Below are positions 1-11,711 of a DNA stretch of 64,000 nt, in pieces. Each line of letters starts with the position of its first letter. Positions within the stretch are counted from its first letter, which is position 1. The notes under the pieces are model-generated. The model was not told the origin of the DNA, ran no database searches, and saw nothing but the letters and a program-made list of their open reading frames with translations. The stretch covers positions 149,048,001 through 149,112,000 of the forward strand of contig NC_082711.1 in NCBI RefSeq assembly GCF_030144855.1, written 5' to 3'. The stretch comes from Hypanus sabinus (taxonomy: Eukaryota). Position numbers and translations under genes: made by a program.

Positions 1-317
1 CAAGATGCAGTAACACAGAAGGGTGTTGAGTTCCAAGGAGGACAGTTTACTCACCAGCCCCTGAGGGACGATCAAATTAAAGACTGAGATGAAGTCGTTG
101 AAAAACAACCTGGCAAATGAGGCATCATTTTCTAGTTGGGACAAGATGGATAGGAAGGCCATGGCGATGACATCATCAGTACACTGATTTGAGCAGAAGA
201 TGAATTGGAAAAGGTCCACTTCAGCTGGAATGAAGGAATTTGTACAATCCATTACCAGTCACTCAAAGCACTTCATGATTGTTGAGGTCAGTGCTACTAG
301 GGCAGTAACTGTTAAAT
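1..317 (-). mobile_element. Rex1/Babar LINE reverse transcriptase fragment (3' piece of a split element; runs off window)
   Basis: Minus strand reads ...VALTSTIMKCFE*LVM..., the Rex1 RT motif (Y)RPVALTS.IMKCFE. Confidence 0.85.
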
Positions 318-810
318 CATAAGAGCATAAGATGTAAGAGCAGAATTAGGCCATTCGGACTATCGGGTCTGCTCTGCCATGGGCTGATTTATTATCCCTC
401 TCAATCCTATTCTCTTGCCTTCTCCCTATAACCTTGATATCCTGACTAATCCAGAACTATCAACCTCCACTTTAAAAATACTCACTGACTCGGCCTCCAG
501 AGCCATCAGTGGCAATGAATTCCACAGATTCACTATCCTCTGGCTAAAGAAATTCCTATTAATCTCTGTTCAAAATGGATGTCCCTTTATTCTGTGGTTG
601 TGCCCTCTTGTTCTACGCTCACCCACTATAAGAAACATCCTCCCCACATCCACTGTATCCAGACCTTTCAATACTTGATAGGTTTCAATTAGATCCCCCC
701 CCACCTCATTCTTCTAAACTAGTGAGTACAGGCCCAGGGCCTCAAATGCTCTTCACATGTTAACCCCTTCACTCCCAGAATCATTCTTGTGAACCTCCGC
801 TGGACCCTCT
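318..810 (-). mobile_element. CR1 LINE 3' end
   Basis: (CATAAGA)n-type tail at 318, typical CR1 3' UTR, and ORF2 C-terminal remnants on the minus strand. Confidence 0.85.
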
Positions 811-910
811 CCAGTTTCTGTTGCTCTTCTTAAGCAGTAGAATAATGATGGCTGTATGGAAACCTGTTGGGACAGTGGACTGTTGCAAAGAGATATTAAG
901 GAATTCTTTA
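811..910 (-). mobile_element. Rex1/Babar LINE middle piece
   Basis: Minus translation LKEFLNISLQQSTVPTGFHTAIIILLLKK is the segment that directly precedes the RPVALT motif of 1-317. Confidence 0.8.
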
Positions 911-3232
911 AGAACATAGAACTTAGAACAGTACTACACAGCAACAGGCTCACAATGTTGTGCCAAACCAGCTAAAAAGCAAATCACATACACCAAACAT
1001 TAATCCCTCCAACCTATACTATGTCCATATCCCTCCATCTTCCTTACATCCATGTTCTTATCCAAACATCTCTCAAAAGTCTCTAATATATTTGCCTCTA
1101 CCACAATACCAGGCAGTAGGTTCTAGGCATTCACAACTTTCTGAGTAAAAACTTACCCTTTCATCCCTCTTGAACCTGCGCACTCTCACCTTCAATGCAT
1201 GCCCTCTGGTCTTAGACAGTTCAAACCCCAGGGATACTCTCTGTCTACACTATCTATGCTTCTCATAATCTTATAAACCTATATCAGATCTCCCCTCAGC
1301 CTCTTACGCCATTCAACACAGCCAGCATCCTAGTATACCTCTTCTGCCCTCTCTCCAAAGCCTCAATGTACCACGATAGATAGGCGACCAGAACTGAATG
1401 AAATACTCCAGATGTGGCCTAAATAGATTTGCATAAAGTTGCAACATAACCTCTTGACTTTTGACTCAATGCCTTCACGAATAAAAAGAAGCATTTAATA
1501 AGCCTTCTTAACCATCGTATCTTCTTTGTAGCCACTTTCATGGAGCTATGAACCTGGATACCAAGATCTCTCTGATCAGCGACACTGCTAGGGATCTTTC
1601 CCTTAACAGTGTACTGTCTTTTTGCATTCACCCTATCAAGGTGCAACACCTTGTATTTATCTGGGTTAAACTCCATCTGCCATTTCTCTGCCCATATCTG
1701 CAGCTGATCAATATCATGCTTGTACTCTTTGTCAGTTTTCTGCACCATTCATAACTCCACCAATTTTGGTATCATCCACAAACTTACTAACCCACCCATC
1801 TACATTTTCATCCAGTTCATTTACATACATCACAAATAGCAAAGGACCCAGCACAGATCTCTGCAGAACTCCACTAATTACAGACCTCCAGCTCAAATAA
1901 ATCCTTTCAACAACTTCTCCCTCTCTTCTATGTGCAAAACAGTTCTGAATCCAAACAGCCAATTTGCCACAGACCCCATGCATCTTAATCTTCTGGATTA
2001 GCCTCCCATGAGGGAATCTGTCAAGCGTCTTATTGAAATCCTTGTAGACAACATCCACCGCCCTACCCTCATCAATATCTCTTGTTACCTTGTCAAAAAA
2101 CTCACTCAACTTGGTAAGATACGACCTACCACACACAAAGCTATGTGAGCTCTCTCTAATTAGGCCATGTTTCCACATACTCATATATCCTATCTCCAAG
2201 AAGTCTCTCAAGCAATTTCCCTACAACTGATGAGAGACTCACCGGTCTATAACTCCCAGGATTTTCCCTTGTTTCCTTCTTAAATAGAGGTCCAACATTA
2301 GCCACTTCCCAGTCCTTCAGACCTAACCTGTGGCGAGAGAGGACACAAAGATACTGGTCAAGGGCCCAGCAATCTCATCTCTTGCCTCCTTCGATAACCT
2401 GAAGTAAGTAGCATCAGGACCTGGGGACTTAAAACTCATTAGGAGGCCCAACACTTCCTCCTCTTTGACCTCTAAACATCCTAACTTATTTATACATTCA
2501 GCACTAACCTCCCGGTCCTTCATAACCTTCTTCTTGTTGCAGAATGCTGGAGCAATGGCTGGAGAGCTCACTGTGAGCCAGTCGAAGCTGGGTGCCAGGG
2601 CTTTGCTGGCCATTCATTACAGCAGACTCTTAAACTCCTTGGATAAAAGGACTGCGGTGCAGAAGAACCGCTGAGAACACTGGAGGTCACTGAAAAGGCC
2701 TCGCGGTGGCTGTGGATCTGGAGGGGGGCATCTGTGGATTAGCGCGCTATTTGGATACAAGTCGGGGGCTGATCACCCCCGGCTGGGCCGCCCAGGCGAG
2801 GGTATCTGATGATTAAAGATCCAAAATGTCCTACGACCCCAGGTTCATCACTGAAGATGTGTCCAAGTAGCACCAGAGGGTGTATTCTACAACTACTCCT
2901 TGCATTCTCTGCATCCAAGCACATGTTCCCTCCTTTATCTTTCAGTGGTCCCACCCTCTTCCTTGTTATCCTAGTTCTTGATGCATGTATAGAATGCCTT
3001 GGGATTCACCTTAATCTTATTTGCCAAGGGTTTTTTATGACCTCTTCTGTCTTTCCATGTTTCCTTCTTGAGATCTTTTCTGGTTTCTTTATATTCCTCA
3101 TGTATTTTGTTTGATCCTAACTTCTGAAGCTTTACATGAAATTCCTTTTTCTTCTTGACTAAATGCATCACCTCTCTGGATATCCAAGGTTCTTTCATCT
3201 TTCCATCCCTGTTCTTCCTTCTAACAGGAACA
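911..3232 (-). mobile_element. CR1 LINE ORF2 (RT) and 3' UTR, 5'-truncated, degenerate
   Basis: ORFs 1732-2211 and 1419-1748 contain [35 protein letters not shown] and WAEKWQMEFNPDK. Confidence 0.95.
2536..2895 (+). mobile_element. HERO/NeSL-type RLE non-LTR retrotransposon 3' fragment inserted in CR1
   Basis: Manual translation across two frameshifts: ECWSNGWRAHCEPVEAGCQGFAGHSL...LLG IKG...EKASRWLWIWRG*. This matches the C-terminus of restriction-like-endonuclease elements (PVEVGCRGF ... ASRWLW). A GC-rich 3' UTR follows. Confidence 0.8.
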
Positions 3233-3458
3233 GACCTTGCACAGTCCTTCAGACCTTAACCAGCTATACTGTCCGGCCTTGCAGCTTTGCATGGGTTTAA
3301 CCTGTCTGGGGTCCTCCTCACCTCAGGTGCAGCCAGACTGGTTGCCTGTCCCTCGGAGGGGAGGAGTTTTCTTTGATGTCATTGCATCAAATTGGGCATA
3401 GAAGCCTATCGGGATGGGAGACTTTTTGTCCTTGACATGCAAGGTGGACTTACCACAT
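3233..3458 (-). mobile_element. Rex1/Babar LINE 5' piece
   Basis: Minus strand gives FYAQFDA...EVRRTPDRLNPCKAARPDSIAG.GLKDC, equivalent to Rex1 FYARF...VNPRKAAGPD.IPGRVLKDC. Confidence 0.75.
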
Positions 3459-3469
3459 AAATTTCTCCT

Positions 3470-4716
3470 CTTCTCAAATTAAAGCTATGGTCTCTTATAT
3501 TTTACATTTCCATCCTGGGAAAATTACTCTTTTCTATGCTTTCCATAATTTTATATACAGTGGGTTCCATTTAATTGGGACACATCAGAACCAAAACAGT
3601 TTGATCCAATTAAGCAGCTGCTCCTATTAGCTGAAGATTCATGGAAATAGTTAAAAGGTATAAGAATAACAACTTATGTATTTAAATGAAATACAGAATA
3701 AATTAGAACATTACCAATACCTCTAGTACTATAAAACTATATAATAGCTCCTATAGTTATCCTCCAGTGTACTTCTGATTGACAGTAATTGACTGTAAAT
3801 GAACAAAATCAGTACAAGCACCTCGTGCAGATAATGGTCTGCCTTACCTGATTGTATCCTCCAAATCTTCATTTTTATTGTAACATTCGAGATGATTGTT
3901 GATACCTTGAAGTAGTGAGATTATTTCATTTCTGTCATCTCCAAGCCTAAATGCTTAAAATAGTGATGAGCAGAACAGTTCTGAGTTGTCTTAATGCGTA
4001 TTTCACACCAACTATCACTGACAAAAATCACTGCATTTTGAACAAAACCACATGCACCTGACGCCAATTAAAAACTGATCGCTCTAAGCATGGCGCGGTG
4101 TCTAACGGTCACGCAAGTGCATGCGACTGTCACTAGTTAGAAACAGCTCGGCAACAGACTCCTGCCCCAACTAAGCAGCGTAGTGTCCCAAATAAATGAA
4201 GGGAATCTTGGCTATTTTCTGCATTATTTTTTGTTATTTAAGAGTCGTCCCAAATAGAAAGCTGCTTTGATTAACCAATGGCCCAATTAACCTGCATCCA
4301 CTGTACTTCTATCTAATTATCTCTCAGTCTCCGATGCTCTATTGGAATCAAACCAAGTCTGGTGAATTTTCTCTTATAACAAATACACTTTAATGCAGGC
4401 AACATCCTGATGAACCTTTTCCAAAGCTTCCACATTGTTTCTGTAATGCAGTGACCAGAATTGCAGAGTACTCCCACTGTGGTGCAATGTCATTTCCTGA
4501 TTTTTATACTCAAATCCTGACAGAAGAAGCCACCTTCTTTGCCACTCTCAGGAAGCTATGACCTTGTACCTCAAGATCCCTTTGTACCTCAAGAGTCCCA
4601 CCTTTTACGTTAGACTTTCATCTTAAATTTGACGTCCCGAAGTCCAACACCTCACACTTGTTCAGATAATGCTCCATCTGTCATTTTTCTAACCAACTGT
4701 TCGATATCCTGCTGAA
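3470..4716 (-). mobile_element. Old CR1 3' fragment split by a DNA transposon
   Basis: CR1-like sequence is continuous across the TA site (cataattttata|cttctatc). IQQDIEQL... and EQV remnants lie near 4650-4715. Confidence 0.65.
3558..4303. mobile_element. Non-autonomous Tc1/mariner (Tigger/pogo-like) transposon
   Basis: TIRs cagtgggttccatttaattggg / cccaattaacctgcatccactg, with TA on both sides (3556-57, 4304-05). Confidence 0.85.
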
Positions 4717-6639
4717 TCCTTTTACAATTAAAATAAAGTTTTAGCACACAAAAAGGTCTGATCAAATTCATATAAATTAGCTTTTGTTCAATATTGGAGT
4801 GGAGAGTAAACTGTAAGAGAGAGAGCTTGGGAAAATCAAAACTCATTGAGCTGATGTGGAGAAAAGTTGATAACCTCTGGCCTGGAGGTTCCCTATCCTG
4901 CCACCAGTCTCCCCTCACATCCACTCTGAATGTCCTGCTGCTCATTCAGATTACCGACTGAAAACTGTGGGGCTGAAAGACTCTACAAATTCAACACAGA
5001 GGAAAAAACTCATTGAAATTGAAGTGTTAAAATCTTTGTAAAAATGATGGACAGGGGAGTTAAGGAAGCAATTTATTAACCTAACACATGTATTCATCTT
5101 GGCAAATCCTGACACAGGGGATAAGGAATTGAAAACCTGCTTCTCTCACTGAAATTCTTTCTCAGCTTTACTTGATTAGTTGATGAGTCTCAAAAAGATT
5201 TAGCACAGAACTGAGATTAAAAGTAATGTAGAAAATAGGATTCGCTGGCCAGTGTCGAAACCTGATCACAGTCCCAGTTACTTAGTTGATGAGTAAGCAG
5301 CCTTTCAAGGATTTTGAAGGCCAAAGATCACCTCTGAAAACAACTAAAATAAATCATGTTTAGAAAGAGAACAGAGCATTTGCTTGATAATTTTAGGAAA
5401 AGTGATTAGTATCACCTAATTGCAAACAAAAGTCCTCGGTTGATTTTAAAGGATAGCACGCACTGTTGACATGATTGGCACACCGTGGTTTGTTTGACGA
5501 AAAATGACTCAGATTAAGAAAATACAAATGGAAAAGACTTTGAGCCTTTATTTTTAATCAGTCACATTTATACACTGTCAAGAGGGGCTGGGTAATTTAA
5601 CAGGAAGCCATACTCATGTTTCAGACAATACAGCAAAGAGGTGATGACACGGAAGTCCACTCTTCCTGCTGAAAATCAGCTGCTACTGTGACAAACCAGA
5701 AATTCAACTCCCACAAAGATCTTGTATGTAATGAATCCGGATATTGGTTGATATGCTGCAAATGTTAAAGCAAATTATTCTGTGTGTTTTGGACCATGCT
5801 GATCTAATTTTTCAGGTAGTCCCTTGAGCCAGGAGTTATTATAAAATTTATATGGTGATTAGACAATTAATAGCTTCCACACTTTAATCATTTAGCAAGT
5901 CTAATCTCCATACCTCATAGACTGCCTCTGTAAAGCCACCCATTTTATACAGATTTTGTTCCTTTCGACTGAAGTGTCTTCATACATTTGGGAAAAGTTA
6001 ATTGATGGACACACAGCTACTTATGACTGGTACTGAATAGCATCTGCAATAATTGTGATTGTTCATTTTGTTAAACCAAGCATGAATGGCATTTCAAGCA
6101 AGCAGGAGTATTAATGAGCTTGATAAACAAAATTAACTGTTGTACTCCAAATATACTAAGCCAATGACAGAAGCTTATTAATTATAAGCTAGCTTTAAAT
6201 ATTACTTTGCTCTGATCTGATCTGATCTTCCCTGCAAATGCTCTCTGCATCTTACATACTGTAGTTACTTTGCTGCATGTATTTAATCATTCAACACTGT
6301 AAATCTGAAGCACACCAAGACTAGTCCTTTTTTAACATGATCTCCATTTCATATCTCATCTCTCTCTTGTGTGTTCTTCCCTAACTATTCAATGGATCGA
6401 ATGACATTACTTCATTGGAGTGAGGCCCAGCAAAATGAAGAGAGCTTGAGATAAAATACTTTATTGTTATTTACCTTCATGGGGGAATCTAGAATTATGG
6501 CCACAGTTTCAGAAAACGTGATTGTCCATTTGACAAAAAGATTAAAAGAAGCATCTTCTCTCTGAGCTTTGGAATTCGCAGAAGGACCCAAGAGGTAAAG
6601 TTGTTGAAGTGTAACATGGGGGTAAAATCAAGAAAGGGC

Positions 6640-7225
6640 GAGGATTTTTCCCTTTCGTGGTTTCTTTGAAGACCCTGACCTGAGTTACATGCTGACTTTG
6701 GTTCTTTGCGGGAATGGGACCTGCTCTTGGGGTTTCACGACTGGCTGTTACATGACATGCCAAGGATGCGGCCTGGGGGATTAGCCCGCCTTCGGAGTTC
6801 CGGGATCTTGTGGTCAGTGACTCTGCAGGAACTCGGTGTGTCATGGGAGATGGAAGATCGAAAGCGGCGAGCTGGCTGCTGGCTGTGTGCCCAGAGACCA
6901 AAGTTCTTTGGGCACAAAGCTCAGAAAAAGCGACACAACGGACTTTTAACATCATAAATCAGTGAGTCGATTGTTATCTCTCCACTCTCGCTGTGAAACT
7001 GAGGCACATCTTTTTCCCTTATTAGGGAGAGAGAGAGAGAGCCTGTTGTATGTCAAACACTAGGTGAACGAGTAGTATTTGGAGTACTGCAAGTCTGTGT
7101 CTTTGCTGCTGCTTTGCTGCACGCTTGAGTGCTGAGTGGTGGGTTCTGAAGTTTTTTGTTGCTGGTGGGGAAAGGGGATTGTTGCTTTGCTGCCACTTAT
7201 ACTTGGGGGGAGGCTTTGGGGTTCT
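6640..7225 (+). mobile_element. Putative unclassified non-autonomous interspersed element (GC/CpG-rich)
   Basis: Sharp GC/CpG-rich block with an internal (GA)n run, abutting a CR1. No coding motifs. Repeat status is inferred and not verifiable in-window. Confidence 0.3.
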
Positions 7226-8767
7226 TGTAGTGCAACTTGAGATTGGCAGGTATGATGCTATGGGCATCACTGAGTCATGGCTGAAAGAAGATAATAGTTG
7301 GGAGCTTTCTGTAACATCCAATAATACACATTGTATCAAAAGGACAAGCAGGTAGGCGGAGAGGGTGGGTTGGCTCTGTTGGTAAAAAATAAAATCAAAT
7401 CTTTAGAAAGAGATCATATAGGATCAGAAGATGTAGAATCCTTGTGGATAAATTTAAGACCCTGATAGGAGTTATATACAGGCCTCCAAACAGCAGCCAG
7501 GATGTGGGATACAAACTGCAATGAAGGATAGAAAAGGCCTGTTAAAAGTGCAATGTTGCGACAGTGATGGAGGATTTGAATATGCAGGTAGATTGGGAAA
7601 ATCAGGTTGGTGCTGGATCCCAAGAGAGATCATTTTTATACTGTCCTTAAGAGCCCACTAAGGGAAAGGCAGTTCTAGATTGGGTGTTATGTAATGGACC
7701 AGATTTGATCCAGGAGCTCTCAGAGCAAAGGAAAGGTTAAAGAAGCTTTAGTAGGCAGTGATCTTAATACAATAGAATTCACTCCGCAGTTTGAGAGGGA
7801 GAAGATGAAGTCAGGGTAATCAGTATTATGGTGGAGAAAAGAGGCATGAGAAGGGAGCTGGCCAAAGTTGATTGGAAATGTATACGAGCAGGAAGGATGG
7901 CAGACCATCAATACCTGCAGTTTTTGGGAGCAATTCAGAAGGTGCTGTATAGATACATCCAAAAGATGAAAAAGTATTTGAATGGTTGGATGGGACAACC
8001 GTGGTTGACAAGGGGAGTCAAATACAGCATAAAAGGAAAAGAGAGGGCATATAAAATACCAACAATTAGTGGGAAGTTAGAGGATTGGGAAGCCTTTAAA
8101 AGCCAAAAGAAGGGAACTAATGAAGCCATAAGAGAAAAGATGAAACAGGAATGTAAGTTAGCCAATGATACAAAAAAAGATACCATAAGTTTTTTTCCCC
8201 AAATACATAAAGAGTGAAAGAGTATTGTAAGTAGTTTTGGACCCTTAACTAAGAAACAATGTGCTGGCATTGGGGAGCGTCCAGAAGAGGTTTACGAGAG
8301 TGATTCCAGGAATGAAAGCATTAACATGTGAGAAGTGTTTAATGGCTCTAGGCCTATACTTGTGGAATTTAGAAGAATGAGAGGAGATCTCTTTGAATCC
8401 TAATTAATATTGAAATGTCAGGATACAGTGGATGTGGGGAGGATGATTCCAATAGCTGGTGAATCTAGGACCAGAGGGAATAGCCTCAGAATAGAGGGAT
8501 GTCAATTTTGAATGGAGATGAGGAGGATTTTTTTTAAACCAGAAGGTAGTGTGTCTGTGGAATTCAATGCTACAGATGGCTGTGGAGGTGTTATTGGGTA
8601 TATTTAAAGCAGAGGAAGATAGGTTCTTGATTAGTAAGTGTGCCAAAGGTTAAAGGGAGAAGGCAGGAGAATGAGGTTGAGAGCGATAATAAATCAGCCA
8701 TGATGAAATGTTGAGCAGAATCAATAGTTTGAATATCCTAGTTCTGATCCTTTGATTTTATGGTCTA
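7226..8767 (+). mobile_element. CR1 LINE ORF2 (APE endonuclease) joined to 3' end by internal deletion
   Basis: YDAMGITESWL and GVIYRPPNS motifs; jump at about 8235 to the post-RT C-terminus and CR1 3' UTR. Confidence 0.9.
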
Positions 8768-8871
8768 ATTATTCACGTGTGTGTCAAATCACCATTTAAA
8801 CTTAGGAGTTAAGGGTATCAGGCAGACAAGAAGAGTTAAAGCCATATTCAGAGATTGCACGATCTAATTGA

Positions 8872-9095
8872 AACCAAAACCGAAAATACCGGGAACACTC
8901 TGCAAGTCTGGCAGTAGTGGCAGGAAAGAAACAGAATTAATGTTCAGGTTGCGGACCTTTCATTCGAACAAACATTTCTGATGAAGAGCCTCTGGCTGGA
9001 AGCATGAACATCGTATTTCTTTCCACTCAACCTGAGCTCTTGCGTTTTTCCAGAATGTTCTGACATTTCAGACTTCCGCCATCTGCAGCCTTTTT
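8872..9095. mobile_element. Decayed Penelope-like inverted terminal repeat pair
   Basis: Head-to-head degenerate copies of the terminal sequence seen at 31695, 55362 and 55832; CTGATGA at about 8978. Confidence 0.6.
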
Positions 9096-9452
9096 GATGA
9101 TCATGATCTGAGTGAATATTAGATCAGGCAGCAGTGAGGGGTATTGCTGACTTCTGGTCGTACTTCTTATATTGTTCCAGTAAAAATACAATTTGAAGTC
9201 AATGAAGTTCAGAATCCTGCAGAAAACTAATAGAGTAATGGAAGTATATTGCACTATCCTGATTTTCTTAATCTTCTTGGTCAGTCTTCTGGTCCTGCCC
9301 CGCTTTGGACTAGAGATAAGAAAGACTACCTTCACAGGTTTTGCAGTATGCCTTTCTACGTCTCTTTTTTCTTTCTGGATTCATTGAAAGGGAATGAATG
9401 GTGTATTTGCTTCTATCTTCAGCAGGATTTATCAAACAACCATTTGGATAGA

Positions 9453-9785
9453 TGAGCTACATGGTAACAGAGCAGTAAGCGTATTGCTTTACAGCACCAC
9501 CTGTAAGATCAGGGTTCAATTCCTGCTACTGTCTGTTTTTCCCCATGACCCATGCAGGTTTTCTCTGGGTGCTTCTGTTTCCTCCCAAATTCCAAAAAGA
9601 CATAACAGTTGGGGTTCGAGTCAGTAAGTTGTGGGCATGCCATGTTGATGCTAAAAGCATTGTGAAACTCGCAGACTGCTCCCAACACAGCCTCAGACTA
9701 TGATGATTGTTAACATGAGCTCACGTTTCACAGTATGTTTTGATATACAGTGTATATGACAAATAGAGCTAATATTTATCTTTTT
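9453..9785 (+). mobile_element. tRNA-derived SINE (V-SINE-like)
   Basis: B box GGTTCAATTCC, central gggtgcttctgtttcctccca domain and LINE-like tail. Head and body resemble 60149-60645. Confidence 0.7.
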
Positions 9786-10030
9786 ATTCTAAGAATATTT
9801 CTCAGCAGACATTTCACATTACACCCACATATTTAAGAACAATCCTTCTGTAGGAGTTGATGACTATCAGCTGATGAATCACTTAGTGGTTCCATTTGGA
9901 GAAACTTCTCCATAGCTTAGACACTGTATTATTGGCTACAGCTTGTGTCTGCTTGTACTCATGCCTTTCTATTGAACCTGCTGCCTGCATGTGCCGCTCA
10001 ACTACATTGATCATTTCACACTTCCCTCAG

Positions 10031-10072
10031 CAAAAAAAGAACTTGTTGGACAAGTGCGTCCTGTCATCATCG
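10031..10072 (+). other. Candidate 42-nt internal exon of an unidentified host transcript
   Basis: Acceptor tttcacacttccctcAG, donor CG|GTAAGA, length divisible by 3, open in all frames, in non-repeat DNA. Confidence 0.3.
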
Positions 10073-11711
10073 GTAAGATCCAATATAGCATTTTGATCTT
10101 GAATAATTTAATTGGTCCGTATTGATGTGCCAGAATTAGTCCCACAAATAAAACTGCTGACTAATGACAACGCCACACTCTCAGCTTCGCCTTCTGTCAG
10201 AGTTGACAAATCTTCCAAATCCTTTTAAGGTCTCTGTTATTCAAAACTACACTCTTAAAAATTATGTTTAAATTATTATTATTTGAAAATCAAATCACGA
10301 AGAAGCTCTTTGAATTCAATCTAATTAGGCACAGAAGACACAAGTAGTTTCTCTAAATTTCCTCATTTAACTGCTGGAAAATTCCAGCAAGCCCTCTGTA
10401 AAGAGTGGTGGAGTGGGTTGGTGGCAGGGTATAGTATATAGACAGTCACAAGATCATTAGCAAGTTTGGTATTTTAGCATTCAGGTACACATATGATAAA
10501 TTTCTAAACTTGATGATAGTATGGAGGGAAATTTGTTTTGGGACTGTTGATAGAACACAGAAAAATCTGTGATTTACTTAAATAGAAATTCTTTTTATAT
10601 ACAGGGAGCCAAGGGTGCCTGGGATCTGACATTCCTTAATATTACTCATGTTTCCATGTGTCAGCTAATTCTCTTCTGCATTTGTGAAATTAAGTTAATT
10701 GCTTCTACATTTTCAAACTGTTGATAAATCAAGCATTTGATCAGAACAAAATTAGGAAGTAATCTTAAAGTTGTTATGACAACAAGACAACCTATTTTAA
10801 TTGTCTTGGCAGTCATGATATTCTTATTGGGATAGTCTCAGTAACAAGCACATCTAGTTTACATATACATACACACTGGCACAAGGCTCATGCTGTGAAT
10901 CCAAGTGCAGTTCTGATGTTAACATTAAAAGACTTCCTCAGGCCTCCATTCTTTCTTGCTTGGCTTATTCTTTCATTGAGAGCAAGATTACTCTCATCTG
11001 GTTATACAAGAAATAAAAACAGGCATAACCATTGAGCCTGCTCTGACAGTAATTAAAATCATTGCTGATTTTCCATCACAGCACCATTTTCCTTAAGCCC
11101 TTTCATGCTCTTCATAATCAGAAACCTTATCAGACTCTGTTTTGAATTACTTTAATGATTGAGCTCTGCAGCCCTCAGGGATGGAGAATTCTATCAATGC
11201 ACAATGGAAGAGATTACTTCTCCTCTATGGCTACCCTTTATTCGCAAACCGTGACTCTTGATTCTGGACTCCGCAGACAGGAAACACAATCTTCCTGAGT
11301 TCTGCTGTAAGACTTTTATAGCTGCAACAAGATTTCCTCTCTTTTACCAAACTCTGGAATTTGCCTTCCATGTGAGCCAGTCCCACCATAGCAGAAACCA
11401 GTCTAGTAAATCTTGATTAAGTATGGTATTCTTAATGTTGTCCAGGTGCACTTCACGACAATTGTGAGATAAATTAATGGTAATCCAGACTGAAGAGATT
11501 CAAGCAATGGCTGAAAAACAATTTGAATTACTGTAGTTTGATGGGTTATGGAGTTTTTTTAATATATGGAGGGAGGTGTTAAGATTTGACAGTAAACTAA
11601 AGAGAGCAGGAATGAGGTAACCAAATATTAATGAGCATGAATCAAAATGTAACTTGGGATGAATGCATGAAAGCTGGAGTCCGAGGAATCAAAGGAAAAT
11701 GGAGCCCAGTG

